Source: Gammaproteobacteria bacterium
Lineage (GTDB): Bacteria; Pseudomonadota; Gammaproteobacteria; CAJXQU01
DNA: 64,000 nucleotides
NCBI GenBank assembly: GCA_965238175.1
Contig: CBDEGZ010000003.1
Coordinates: forward strand, 2,432,001-2,496,000
Reading direction: 5' to 3'
Position numbers and translations under genes: made by a program. How positions within the stretch are numbered: the stretch's first letter is position 1; each line of letters begins with the position of its first letter. Below are positions 1 to 9,982 of this stretch, piece after piece. The notes under the pieces were generated by a model. The model saw only the letters and a program-made list of their open reading frames with translations. It searched no databases and was not told the DNA's origin.

Positions 1-674
1 TTAACGCCGATCTCTTTAGCTGCACTTTCTGCATGTGGCCACATCGCCTTAATAAATTCTTCTGGCGATTTAAATTTTGTATTTTCTGTAGACAAATTCT
101 TGGTGACAGATTCAGATCGTTTAACTCGATCATAAATATTCTTATTTTGAGTTTGTAAATCAATTATTGGTCGTACAGTAACTTGTCGGTTTTGCAAATA
201 CTGCTGTAGATTATTGTTCACCCTTTGCTTTGTCGATGAATCTAATTGATGGCTGATCAATCCTGTGTGGTTAAATAATGTTTGTGCTGATGGACCAAAC
301 CCATTAAGCCCTTTTTCTACCGTCGGCATCTGATTTTTTAATTTCTCAACATCAGAATTTTCTTGTGATTTTGGCTTAGTCAGTTGTGCTTCAATTACTT
401 TCGCCACACCAAAATCACCACGTTCAGAAATATCAATGGCAACTTGTTTATCAAACATATCCTGATACATTCGTGAACCTTCGTTATCCATCAAGCCTTC
501 ACCACTTGTCGTATCACGTAGACTCTTAAGCATCATCTCAACAAACGAAGCTTCAAACTCTTTAGCGACGGCTTTAACTGCTTCCGGTGACTCTGCTTTT
601 GCAGAAGCCCGCAACTTGGCCAAACCTGAAAAATCGGTATATACCCTTGAACTTGCTAATTCTGGAGACATCAT
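1..674 (-). CDS. flgJ: Flagellar rod assembly protein/peptidoglycan hydrolase FlgJ (3' part runs off the window)
   Basis: Not in the ORF track. Manual translation from ATG at 674 gives MMSPELASSGVYTDFSGLAKLRASAKAESPEAVKAVAKEFEASFVEMMLKSLR...MYQDMFDKQVA, the FlgJ rod-binding domain, followed by FKSPEEFIKAMWPHA, the start of the glucosaminidase domain. Confidence 0.93.
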   Translation of the reverse strand, partial: MMSPELASSRVYTDFSGLAKLRASAKAESPEAVKAVAKEFEASFVEMMLKSLRDTTSGEGLMDNEGSRMYQDMFDKQVAIDISERGDFGVAKVIEAQLTKPKSQENSDVEKLKNQMPTVEKGLNGFGPSAQTLFNHTGLISHQLDSSTKQRVNNNLQQYLQNRQVTVRPIIDLQTQNKNIYDRVKRSESVTKNLSTENTKFKSPEEFIKAMWPHAESAAKEIGV

Positions 675-716
675 TCTTCCTTTAAAAATTAAACATACTA
701 TTTATAACTGGTTGTA

Positions 717-732
717 TGCAGAAGCTGTGCCA
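717..732 (-). promoter_or_regulatory. Sigma54 (-24/-12) promoter of flgJ
   Basis: The minus strand reads TGGCACAGCTTCTGCA (GG-N10-GC), about 42 bp upstream of the flgJ start. Confidence 0.75.
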
Positions 733-787
733 GCACATTTTTTCATTATTTATCAATAATATATGTATTTTTTTAGTATATAAAGAA

Positions 788-801
788 GGCAAATTTTTGC
801 C
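788..801. promoter_or_regulatory. Palindromic putative enhancer-binding-protein site (FleQ/FlrC-like)
   Basis: GGCAAATTTTTGCC palindrome about 55 bp upstream of the sigma54 site, separated from it by an AT-rich spacer containing an IHF-like TATCAA. Confidence 0.4.
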
Positions 802-948
802 GGGCGGCAAATACAGAACATACCAAATTCAAAAAATTAAAATTGTCTATTAAAGGCACGTTTAATGCTTTACTCTGTCATAAGTTTGAACACTCAAATT
901 CTATAAACCCAATAACTAAAATAAATTACCGAGAAATATCTGTTAAAG

Positions 949-3261
949 ATGGAAGACGAATTTATACTCAACACATCTACCTATAAATGGTCTGCGAGAG
1001 CCTTTAGCCGTCTGGAAAAATTACTGGGTATTAACCTCAAATTGCATGAAGAACAAAATAGTGCAGACGAAGGTGACATTTTTTTATTTAATCATTTTGC
1101 ACGTTTTGAAACTTTTATACCTCAATATTTGATCTACAAAAAAACGGGTGCTGTTTGTCGTTCAATTGCATCCTCAGAATTTTTCAAAGATGACGACACC
1201 TTTACAAATTATTTGATCAAACTTGGTGGTGTACCTAATAACCGTCCTGAACTACTGCCCTTTCTAGCTAAGGAAATATTACGTGGCCGCAAGGTCGTTC
1301 TGTTTCCTGAAGGAGGTATGGTTAAAGATCGTTCTGTTGTGGATGATAAAGGTCAATACAGTGTTTATTCTCGAAGTGCGAAACAGCGTCGAAAACACCA
1401 TACAGGCGCAGCACTATTGGCAATGTCTTTAGAGAATTTTAAAGCCAGGATCAAACTTGCTAAACAACAAAACGATTTCACCCAACTAGAAAATTGGAAA
1501 AACTCACTTGAATTAGAAAGTGTTGATGCTCTTCTCAAGGCGGCTAATAAACCAACGAATATTGTTCCCGCCAATATTACTTTCTACCCGATCAGGATTG
1601 ACGACAATTTACTACGTAAAAGCATAGAGATCATCAATCGAAAAAAACTCAGTCGTCGTGCCACTGAAGAGATTATTATTGAAAGTAATCTAGTCATGAA
1701 TAATACCGATATGGATATTCGCTTAGGTTCGCCAATTTGTCCAATAGAAACCTGGCATTGGTGGGATCGTGCATCGTTGAGTTTTATTAATAAACGCCTG
1801 ACGAATATTGAAGATTATTTTGATCATACTCCTATCGGCAATCGTCTCATAAACCGAATTATTAATCGTATTTCCAAAAGAAGTATCGGTGAGTTGAGAG
1901 ATCGATACATGGAGTCGATGTATTCACTGACAACGATCAACTTAAGCCACCTTGCCTCTGTCGCAATTTTAAAATTAATAGATAAAGGAAGAACATCCAT
2001 TGATCAACAAAAATTCTACAAGCTTCTTTATTTGTGTATTAAAAATGCACAAGCTCAAGAATCTATTTTCTTACATCGAAGCCTGAGAGATGCAACCTAT
2101 TATGAAAAAGTAATCAATGGTGAATCGCCAAGAATTATGACTTTTATAAATACGGCATCACTTTCCGGCTTAATCAAAAAAGAAAATGATCAATTTATAT
2201 TCACCGAAAAAATATCTCATGAAAATGAGTTTGATCAAATTCGCCTACGAAATATCATTGCCGTTTATGCTAATGAAGCGACACCGATTAATGGTGTTAC
2301 TACCGCCGTTGACAAAGCCATTGCAGAAACTGAAACCATCTCTGATCAAATCTGGGCTCAGTACCGATTCGATGATGAACTTGTAAGTTATGAATTTCAT
2401 AAAAAACGATATTCAGAACCAAAATATGAAGAAATAAACAAACAACAAACTGCGACAGAAAATGGTGAACCTTATCTTTTCTTACCTGAAGAACATTCTA
2501 AATTAGGCGTGGTACTTGTTCATGGTTTTCTCGCTTCACCCGCAGAATTAAAAACGTTTGCGGAACGTCTACATAAAAAAAGCTTCCCAGTGATTGGTGT
2601 GCGAATGGCAGGACATGGGACTTCTCCATGGGATCTAAAAAATAGAGATTGGTCAGAATGGGTAACTTCGATCAAACGCAGTTATGAGATCATTTCCCCC
2701 TATTGCGATCAAATCTGTGTCGTCGGGTTTTCAACCGGTGCGACAGCATCCCTGCTACTTGCTGCTGAAAAACCAGCAAAACTGGCTGGCGTTGTAGCCG
2801 TTTCCACACCGGTAAAATTTGGGAATCGAAACATCGTTTTTGTTCCTCTGGTGCATGGCTTAAATAAACTTATTAGTTTGGTGAAATCTTCAGAAAACAC
2901 CAATCCTTTCAGTATTAATGATTCTGATCATCCCGAAATAAATTATCGACATATTCCGATCAAAGCACTCTATGAATTACGATTAATGATCGATGCGATG
3001 AAAAAGAAATTATCCGATATTAGCTGTCCAACATTAATCCTCCATGCAGAAAGGGATGCTGTTGCCGATATTAGTGGAGTCAAAATCATTGAAAAGAATA
3101 TCGGTTCAGATCAATTATCGGTGATTACAATCGCGTCCGATAGACATGGACTCATTCTTGAGGATATCGGCGACAGTCAAACACATATCATGGCCTTCTT
3201 GACAAGACTTGCTGAAACATACCAGGATAACAACAAATGCGAGCCTGTTATAAGTGCATAA
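949..3261 (+). CDS. Fusion of a glycerol-3-phosphate/lysophospholipid acyltransferase-like domain and a C-terminal alpha/beta carboxylesterase
   Basis: N-terminal motifs FNHFARFE and VLFPEGG. C-terminal motifs LVHGF, GHGT, GFSTG (nucleophile), ERD and DRHG. Confidence 0.8.
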   Translation: MEDEFILNTSTYKWSARAFSRLEKLLGINLKLHEEQNSADEGDIFLFNHFARFETFIPQYLIYKKTGAVCRSIASSEFFKDDDTFTNYLIKLGGVPNNRPELLPFLAKEILRGRKVVLFPEGGMVKDRSVVDDKGQYSVYSRSAKQRRKHHTGAALLAMSLENFKARIKLAKQQNDFTQLENWKNSLELESVDALLKAANKPTNIVPANITFYPIRIDDNLLRKSIEIINRKKLSRRATEEIIIESNLVMNNTDMDIRLGSPICPIETWHWWDRASLSFINKRLTNIEDYFDHTPIGNRLINRIINRISKRSIGELRDRYMESMYSLTTINLSHLASVAILKLIDKGRTSIDQQKFYKLLYLCIKNAQAQESIFLHRSLRDATYYEKVINGESPRIMTFINTASLSGLIKKENDQFIFTEKISHENEFDQIRLRNIIAVYANEATPINGVTTAVDKAIAETETISDQIWAQYRFDDELVSYEFHKKRYSEPKYEEINKQQTATENGEPYLFLPEEHSKLGVVLVHGFLASPAELKTFAERLHKKSFPVIGVRMAGHGTSPWDLKNRDWSEWVTSIKRSYEIISPYCDQICVVGFSTGATASLLLAAEKPAKLAGVVAVSTPVKFGNRNIVFVPLVHGLNKLISLVKSSENTNPFSINDSDHPEINYRHIPIKALYELRLMIDAMKKKLSDISCPTLILHAERDAVADISGVKIIEKNIGSDQLSVITIASDRHGLILEDIGDSQTHIMAFLTRLAETYQDNNKCEPVISA

Positions 3262-3280
3262 TAATTAAAAGGGGATTCTT

Positions 3281-5701
3281 ATGTTAGTCTTTTTACTCGG
3301 GTTTATCATTCTTCTAACAGCTTTAGCTTATATCAGCGTTAGCCTGAAAATCTGGTCAGTTGCAATTGTTGCCTTTCTGTTATTCAGCTCTATATTTTTC
3401 TCAGTATCTGGGTGGGCTATAGCAATTTTCTGGATATTATCACTCGCTATTCTAGTCCCATTAAATATCGGCAGTATCAGAAAACAATATCTAACTAAAC
3501 CTGCACTCGATCTATTTCGTAAAGTACTACCTCCGTTGTCATCAACTGAGAAAGAAGCCATGGAATCTGGTGATGTCTGGTGGGATGGTGATCTGTTTAG
3601 TGGCGATCCAGACTGGAATAAACTTCTCAGTAACCCAAAACCGACACTTTCTGAAGAAGAACAAACATTCATGGATGGTCCGGTTGAAATACTCTGCAAT
3701 ATGATCGACGACTGGCAAGTCACTCACGTTGAAAAAGATCTTCCGAAAGAAGTCTGGGATTATCTACGCAAAGAAAAATTCTTTGGAATGATCATTGCTA
3801 AAGAACACGGTGGTTTGGGCTTCTCTGCCCTCGGTCATTCCTCTGTGGTTATGAAGATCTCAACTCGAAGTATCACCGCAGCCGTCACAGTCATGGTACC
3901 TAACTCACTTGGGCCTGGTTCACTGTTACAAACCTATGGCACACAAGAACAAAAAGATTATTATCTACCTCGACTTTCTATCGGAAAAGAATTTCCTTGC
4001 TTCGCATTGACGGGTCCTGACGCGGGAAGTGATGCCGGAGCAATGCCTGATTTTGGTATTGTTTGCCGTCAGGATTTTGATGGCGAAAAAGAAGTTCTTG
4101 GTGTCAAAATTACTTGGGAGAAACGCTACATCACATTAGGTCCTGTTGCGACAATACTAGGGCTTGCGTTTAAACTTTATGATCCTGATCATTTAATTGG
4201 TGAGAAAGAAAATATAGGTATCACACTGGCATTAATCCCGACTGATCACAAAGGGGTTAACATTGGTCGCCGTCACATCCCTATCGATATCCCTTTTCAA
4301 AATGGTCCTAATTCTGGCCAGGATGTTTTTATTCCAATAGATTGGCTCATCGGTGGACAGGAATACGTTGGCAAAGGCTGGAGCATGTTAATGGAATGCC
4401 TGGCTGAAGGTCGTGGCGTCTCCCTGCCCGCCTTGAGTGCAGGTGCTGCTAAATTGGCCAGCAGAACCTCCGGCGCCTATTCCATTATTCGCAAACAATT
4501 CAATATGTCGATTGGCCAATTTGAGGGCGTGCAAGAATCTTTGGGACGTATTGCTGGCTTGTCTTATATGATTGAAGCTGCCCGTACGATGACACTCGGT
4601 GCGCTTGATCAACATATCCACCCTTCTGTTGTCACTGCGATAATAAAGTATCATTTGACCGAAAGCATGCGTACTCTCATTGATGATGCCATGGACATTC
4701 ACGGTGGTAAGGGCATTATGATGGGACCAAGCAATTATCTCGGTCGAATTTATCAATCTATCCCCGTGAGCATCACTGTCGAAGGTGCAAACATTCTGAC
4801 ACGGAACATGATGATCTATGGACAAGGTGCAACGCGTTGTCATCCTTATGTTCTAAAAGAAATGTTAGCTGCAAGTGAAACCAATGATGCCATCGCTTTG
4901 GGTAAATTTGATGATGTGTTCTATAAACACATGGCATTTACTATCAGTAATAAGGCACGCGCATTTGTGCTTGGTCTTACTAATGGCCATTTTGGATCTG
5001 CACCAAATAATGGTGCAGGTAGACGCTATTACCAACAACTTAGTCGAATGAGTGCGGCACTGGCCTTCACATCAGATGTGGCAATGGGCGTGCTTGGTGG
5101 TGAACTAAAACGCCGAGAATATATATCAGCCCGACTTGGTGATGTATTAAGCTACCTGTATCTCGGATCTGCGATTTTAAAACGTTTTGAAGATCAGGGC
5201 AGACCTAAAGATGATGAAGCCTTAATGAAGTGGGCAAGCGAATATTGTCTGTTCCGTATGCAAGAAAGTTTTTATGGTTTATTTGATAATTTTCCAAATT
5301 GTCTTCTGGGTAAATCACTCCGACTGATTGTGTTTCCATGGGGTCGAAACTTTAAAAAACCATCAGATGCATTGACCAGTAAAGCGGCATCCATCTTAAC
5401 GTCACCTTCAGAAGCGAGAGATCGTTTGACGGAAGATTTATTTATTCCTCAAGATGAAAATGAATCAATTTCTCAACTCGAAAAAGCACTCGTATTAATG
5501 ATCAAATCCCAGCCGGTTGAAAAGAAAATTTATAAAGCAAGAAAAGCTGATCAATTAACAATTGTACCAGGAGAGCTTTTATATAAATCGGCTTTGGCAG
5601 CTGGCGTAATCACAGAAGAAGAAGCTCAACTTATGGAAGCTGCAGCTCAAGCGCAACGGAATGTCATCATGGTAGATGATTTTGATCTTGAAGAAGTATA
5701 A
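3281..5701 (+). CDS. fadE: Membrane-anchored acyl-CoA dehydrogenase FadE
   Basis: 806 aa with N-terminal TM helices; motifs VMVPNSLGPG, CFALTGPDAGSDAG and ITVEGANILTR. Confidence 0.95.
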   Translation: MLVFLLGFIILLTALAYISVSLKIWSVAIVAFLLFSSIFFSVSGWAIAIFWILSLAILVPLNIGSIRKQYLTKPALDLFRKVLPPLSSTEKEAMESGDVWWDGDLFSGDPDWNKLLSNPKPTLSEEEQTFMDGPVEILCNMIDDWQVTHVEKDLPKEVWDYLRKEKFFGMIIAKEHGGLGFSALGHSSVVMKISTRSITAAVTVMVPNSLGPGSLLQTYGTQEQKDYYLPRLSIGKEFPCFALTGPDAGSDAGAMPDFGIVCRQDFDGEKEVLGVKITWEKRYITLGPVATILGLAFKLYDPDHLIGEKENIGITLALIPTDHKGVNIGRRHIPIDIPFQNGPNSGQDVFIPIDWLIGGQEYVGKGWSMLMECLAEGRGVSLPALSAGAAKLASRTSGAYSIIRKQFNMSIGQFEGVQESLGRIAGLSYMIEAARTMTLGALDQHIHPSVVTAIIKYHLTESMRTLIDDAMDIHGGKGIMMGPSNYLGRIYQSIPVSITVEGANILTRNMMIYGQGATRCHPYVLKEMLAASETNDAIALGKFDDVFYKHMAFTISNKARAFVLGLTNGHFGSAPNNGAGRRYYQQLSRMSAALAFTSDVAMGVLGGELKRREYISARLGDVLSYLYLGSAILKRFEDQGRPKDDEALMKWASEYCLFRMQESFYGLFDNFPNCLLGKSLRLIVFPWGRNFKKPSDALTSKAASILTSPSEARDRLTEDLFIPQDENESISQLEKALVLMIKSQPVEKKIYKARKADQLTIVPGELLYKSALAAGVITEEEAQLMEAAAQAQRNVIMVDDFDLEEV

Positions 5702-5770
5702 TCGAAAGAGTAATAATGGAATTTAACAAGAGAATCTTCCTAGAACGTATCAATAATTTCAAAGAGGGAT

Positions 5771-7066
5771 GTGATGAAAAAAATGTCCGGCCGTTCTGTT
5801 TATGTTGTCGATGGCAGTCGATCACCCTATTTAAAATCAGGTAGTCCGACGAAAGCCCTAACGGCATCAGATCTGGCCATTAAATCTGCCTATCCTCTTT
5901 TATCCAGGCAACCATTCGCAGAACAAGAACTTGATGAAGTCATTCTGGGCTGTACCATGTCTGGTCCCGATGAAGCCAATATTGCCCGTGTCGTATCCTT
6001 AAGATTGGGTTGTGGAAAAGGTGTTCCTGCCTGGACCGTACAACGTAACTGTGGTTCGGGCATGCAAGCCTTAGACAGTGCGGCCAGAAATATTGCAAGC
6101 AACCGTGCAGACTTGGTTCTGGCCGGTGGCGCTGAGTCAATGAGCCATGCCCCGGTACTGTTTCCGCCGGAGATGGTTGATTGGTTAGGTGATTTAGCCA
6201 GGGCAAAAACAGCTGCGGCCAAAGCCAAAATAATGTCCAGATTCAAACTAAAAAATCTTAAACCGGTTATTGGTCTACTACGTGGCCTCACCGATCCGAC
6301 CATCGGGCTAAACATGGGGCATACCGCTGAAATTCTCGCGGATAAATTCAATATCTCACGATTAGAAATGGATCAATATTCCGTTCGCAGTCATCAACGA
6401 TTATTGGCGGCACATAGTGAAGGTCGTCTAGGCGAAATAGAAACAATCTACAATTGGGAAGGAACTATTTTTGATCATGACGAAGGTGCTCGAGCAGATT
6501 CATCTATCGAACGACTCACAAAACTAAAACCCGCATTTGATAAAAAATTCGGCAAAGTAACACCTGGAAATAGTTCTCAAATCACCGATGGTGCAGCCTG
6601 GTTATTATTGGCCAGTGCAAGTGCTGTGAAGAAATATCAACTTCCCGTCATGGGCAGAATTGTTGATGCACATTGGGCCGGTAACGAACCGCGTGAAATG
6701 GGTTTAGGACCCGTTCATGCCAGCACGCCTCTCTTACTGCGTCATAAACTGGATTTGGAGAAACTTGATTATATCGAACTAAACGAAGCATTTGCGGCAC
6801 AAGTAATCGGCTGCTGTCGAGCCTGGACTGATAGTGATTATTGTAAGAAAGAACTCCATTTAAAATCTGCCTTTGGTGAAATTGATCCTGATAAACTTAA
6901 TGTCGATGGCGGCGCAATTAGCGTTGGTCATCCTGTAGGTTCCAGTGGCGCACGCATTGTCTTGCATCTTTTGCATACACTGCAACAAAAAAATGCAAAC
7001 CGTGGTCTGGCGACTTTGTGTATTGGTGGCGGTCAGGGTGGCGCTATGTTGGTGGAGAGAGATTAG
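5771..7066 (+). CDS. fadI: Acetyl-CoA C-acyltransferase (thiolase), FadI type
   Basis: Thiolase motifs RNCGSG, NEAFA, GHPVGSSG and CIGGGQG. Confidence 0.9.
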   Translation: MMKKMSGRSVYVVDGSRSPYLKSGSPTKALTASDLAIKSAYPLLSRQPFAEQELDEVILGCTMSGPDEANIARVVSLRLGCGKGVPAWTVQRNCGSGMQALDSAARNIASNRADLVLAGGAESMSHAPVLFPPEMVDWLGDLARAKTAAAKAKIMSRFKLKNLKPVIGLLRGLTDPTIGLNMGHTAEILADKFNISRLEMDQYSVRSHQRLLAAHSEGRLGEIETIYNWEGTIFDHDEGARADSSIERLTKLKPAFDKKFGKVTPGNSSQITDGAAWLLLASASAVKKYQLPVMGRIVDAHWAGNEPREMGLGPVHASTPLLLRHKLDLEKLDYIELNEAFAAQVIGCCRAWTDSDYCKKELHLKSAFGEIDPDKLNVDGGAISVGHPVGSSGARIVLHLLHTLQQKNANRGLATLCIGGGQGGAMLVERD

Positions 7067-7068
7067 TT

Positions 7069-9117
7069 ATGTCAACAAATAAATATAATAACTGGCAACT
7101 TAGTACCGATGATCAAAGAATTGTCTGGTTAACGATCAACAAGGCCAATGCAACTACTAATGTTCTTTCTTCCGATGTAATGGAAGAACTCGATCAAATT
7201 CTGACAGAGATCGATCAAAATAATAGCAACAAGGATGTAAAGGGACTTTTGATCTTATCCGGTAAGCCTAATGGTTTTATAGCCGGAGCCGACATCTCCG
7301 AATTTGAAAAAATAGAGAACCGTGATCAAGCCTTAGAATTTATAAAACGTGGTCAAGAAATTTTAAATAAACTGGAATCACTTCGTATACCAACAGCGGC
7401 ATTGATTGACGGATTCTGTCTTGGTGGTGGCTTAGAACTGGCGTTAGCCTGTCGCTATAGAATTGCGACAGATGAGTCAAACACAAGACTTGGTTTACCT
7501 GAAGTGAAATTGGGTATCCATCCAGGTTTTGGTGGCACAATGCGTTTAAATCGTTTGATCGGTGCTCTCGCTGCGATGGACATGATGTTAACTGGTCGCA
7601 CAATAGATTCTCGTCGAACCCATAAAATGGGCATTATTGATCGCCTTGTTCCTAAGCGACATCTGCATTCCGCAGGTGTTATCACACTTACCGAACAAGC
7701 TGCACCGCACAAACTCAACAAGACCAAAGCATTAGTCAGCCAAACAACTCTTGGCAGATCAATCCTGGCTGGGCAGTTTAGAAAACGAGTCGCAAAACAG
7801 GCATTACGCGAACATTACCCAGCTCCTTATGCATTAATTGATCTTTGGCAAAATCATGCTAATTCTGATCAAGATATGTTAAACGCCGAAGCTGAATCGG
7901 TTGCAGATCTGGTCACTAGCGAAACCTCAAAAAATCTGCTGCGCGTTTTTCATTTGCAAGAGCGCTTAAAATCTCAAGATAATAAAACTAGTGATAGTAA
8001 ACAAGATTGGATCCCTAAACATGTACACGTTATTGGCGCAGGTGTGATGGGTGGTGATATTGCCGCCTGGTGTGTTGTACAAGGATTTACAGTTAGTTTG
8101 CAAGATCAAGAACCAGCGTTTATTGCTCCAGCTTTACAACGCGCAAAAAAATTATTTGAACGTCGCTTTAAACAAAAATATCAACTCAAAAATGCACTTG
8201 ATCGGCTGCATCCAGATCATAATGGAGTATGCGTTGAAAAAGCCGATATTGTGATTGAGGCCATTGTCGAAAATATCGAGATTAAACAAACGCTCTACAA
8301 AAAACTCGAACCCAGAATGAAGCCAGGTGCAATCCTGGCAACCAATACATCAAGTATTGAATTAGAAACACTCAGTCATAGTCTTAATGATCCTGCAAAA
8401 CTGGTGGGTATACATTTTTTTAATCCTGTCGCAAAAATGCAATTGGTTGAGATTGTCTCCAGCAAACATACCGATCAAAAAATAATAAACCAGGCAGCAA
8501 CATTTGTTCGACAAATTGATCGTCTACCGCTACCAGTAAAAAGCTCACCCGGCTTTCTGATCAACCGAATTTTAATGCCTTATTTGCTGGAAGCCGTTGA
8601 ATTATTATCTGAAGGAAATACACCTGAGACGATTGATCAGGCGGCGATTAATTTTGGTATGCCAATGGGCCCAATCACTTTAGCCGACACGGTAGGCTTA
8701 GATATTTGTCTTTCGGTTGCATCGATTCTTGGAGAAAAGCTTGGTCTTGCCATTCCAAAAAAACTGCAGCAAATGATTGATCGAAATCGGCTTGGTAAAA
8801 AAAACGGTAAAGGATTTTATGATTATGATCATAAAGGAAATCCTGTTAAATCCAATGCCTCTGATCTACCCACAACACTCATCTCGGATCGTTTAGTGCT
8901 ACGTATTCTTAACGAATCAATCGCATGTTTGAGAGAAGAAGTTGTTGAAGATGCAGATCTGCTAGATGCTGGTTTAATTTTCGGAACTGGCTTTGCCCCA
9001 TACACAGGCGGACCAATGAATTATCTAAGGCACAAAGGCCGCGAGGCCACTTTACAGCGTCTAAAAGATCTCGAAGAAAATTATGGATCACGTTTCAAAC
9101 CCGATCCTGGCTGGTAA
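7069..9117 (+). CDS. fadJ: Fatty-acid oxidation complex alpha subunit (enoyl-CoA hydratase/3-hydroxyacyl-CoA dehydrogenase)
   Basis: Motifs AGADI, GGGLELAL, LPEVKLG, GAGVMG, TNTSS and HFFNPV. Start moved to the ATG at 7069, just after the thiolase stop. Confidence 0.9.
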   Translation: MSTNKYNNWQLSTDDQRIVWLTINKANATTNVLSSDVMEELDQILTEIDQNNSNKDVKGLLILSGKPNGFIAGADISEFEKIENRDQALEFIKRGQEILNKLESLRIPTAALIDGFCLGGGLELALACRYRIATDESNTRLGLPEVKLGIHPGFGGTMRLNRLIGALAAMDMMLTGRTIDSRRTHKMGIIDRLVPKRHLHSAGVITLTEQAAPHKLNKTKALVSQTTLGRSILAGQFRKRVAKQALREHYPAPYALIDLWQNHANSDQDMLNAEAESVADLVTSETSKNLLRVFHLQERLKSQDNKTSDSKQDWIPKHVHVIGAGVMGGDIAAWCVVQGFTVSLQDQEPAFIAPALQRAKKLFERRFKQKYQLKNALDRLHPDHNGVCVEKADIVIEAIVENIEIKQTLYKKLEPRMKPGAILATNTSSIELETLSHSLNDPAKLVGIHFFNPVAKMQLVEIVSSKHTDQKIINQAATFVRQIDRLPLPVKSSPGFLINRILMPYLLEAVELLSEGNTPETIDQAAINFGMPMGPITLADTVGLDICLSVASILGEKLGLAIPKKLQQMIDRNRLGKKNGKGFYDYDHKGNPVKSNASDLPTTLISDRLVLRILNESIACLREEVVEDADLLDAGLIFGTGFAPYTGGPMNYLRHKGREATLQRLKDLEENYGSRFKPDPGW

Positions 9118-9135
9118 AAATTAAAAAAATAATAA

Positions 9136-9717
9136 ATGGCGACAATGAAAAATAGCACCATTCAAGTTACAGATTCTTCAACTCTGCCAGGGTTATTCCG
9201 ACAACGATGTCAGCTCACACCGAATGCAATTGCTTATCGGCAATTCAATCAATCATCAAAAAGCTGGATTAGTTATAGTTGGAAACAAACTGAAAAAGAT
9301 ATTAATCGCTGGCAAGCTTCCCTCGCAAAATATGCTCTTGAAGAAGGTGATCGTGTTGCCATCATGGTACATAACTGTCACGAATGGGTCTTATTTGAAC
9401 AAGCCGCACTGAATCTTGGATTGGTTATTGTGCCTATATATATTAATGACCGCGCGGACAATATCGCCTATGTTATTAATAATTCAGAATCGAAACTTTT
9501 GTTCCTCGCGGGGAATGATCAGTGGCAAGAAGTTTCAAAAGAATTAGATCAATTAAACACCCTAGAAACAATCATCAGCATAAGATCCACCAATGGAAAA
9601 AATGATCCGCGATTGATCACTTTAAATAATTTCTTAATCGAAGTGGATTTTGAACTTCAAACTAAAGACAGTAATCCCAATGCGCTAGCAACTATTGTAT
9701 ATACCCGTGCCACCTGA
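9136..9717 (+). pseudogene. fadD: Truncated long-chain fatty-acid-CoA ligase (FadD/FAA1 type)
   Basis: AMP-binding N-terminal region ends at LATIVYT-RAT*, inside the YTSGTTG P-loop motif. Only 193 aa of the usual ~600 are present. Confidence 0.85.
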
Positions 9718-9754
9718 AATCTGCATTTCCAGATGGCACGGGTACACGGGTATA
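9700..9754. repeat. 55-bp palindromic ERIC/MITE-like element
   Basis: Perfect 10-bp terminal inverted repeats TATACCCGTG...CACGGGTATA, an internal hairpin (TACCCGTGCCACCTGAAAT / ATTTCCAGATGGCACGGGTA) and a duplicated CACGGGTA. Confidence 0.7.
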
Positions 9755-9945
9755 AAGGTCACTAGGAGCTAATGATAAGCAGCGACAGATTTGCTGAACG
9801 TTGTTCCCAGCCTTCTTCAGCTTCACCGCAATTTATTGCCGTTGCTCATTTCCATAGCGAAGAAGGCTTGATCACCTGCACCGAACAGAGGTGAAATTAC
9901 GATGCAGTTTAATTACTCTCGCCTGATGACATACCCTTGAACAGA

Positions 9946-9963
9946 TGTTAAAAATATTAAACA
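9946..9963. promoter_or_regulatory. Putative operator of the PuuR-like regulator (copy 1)
   Basis: TGTTAAAAATATTAAACA, a near-palindrome; a similar 18-mer occurs at 10625-10642. Confidence 0.4.
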
Positions 9964-9982
9964 ACCAGTTTGTTGTAACAAG

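Noticed and set aside
7018-7068. Longer N-termini given by the ORF track for fadJ, and similarly 16798 for the pxpC-like gene and 43798 for the permease
   Set aside because: They overlap upstream genes more than needed; downstream ATGs at 7069, 16834 and 43810 fit the operon spacing and RBS better.
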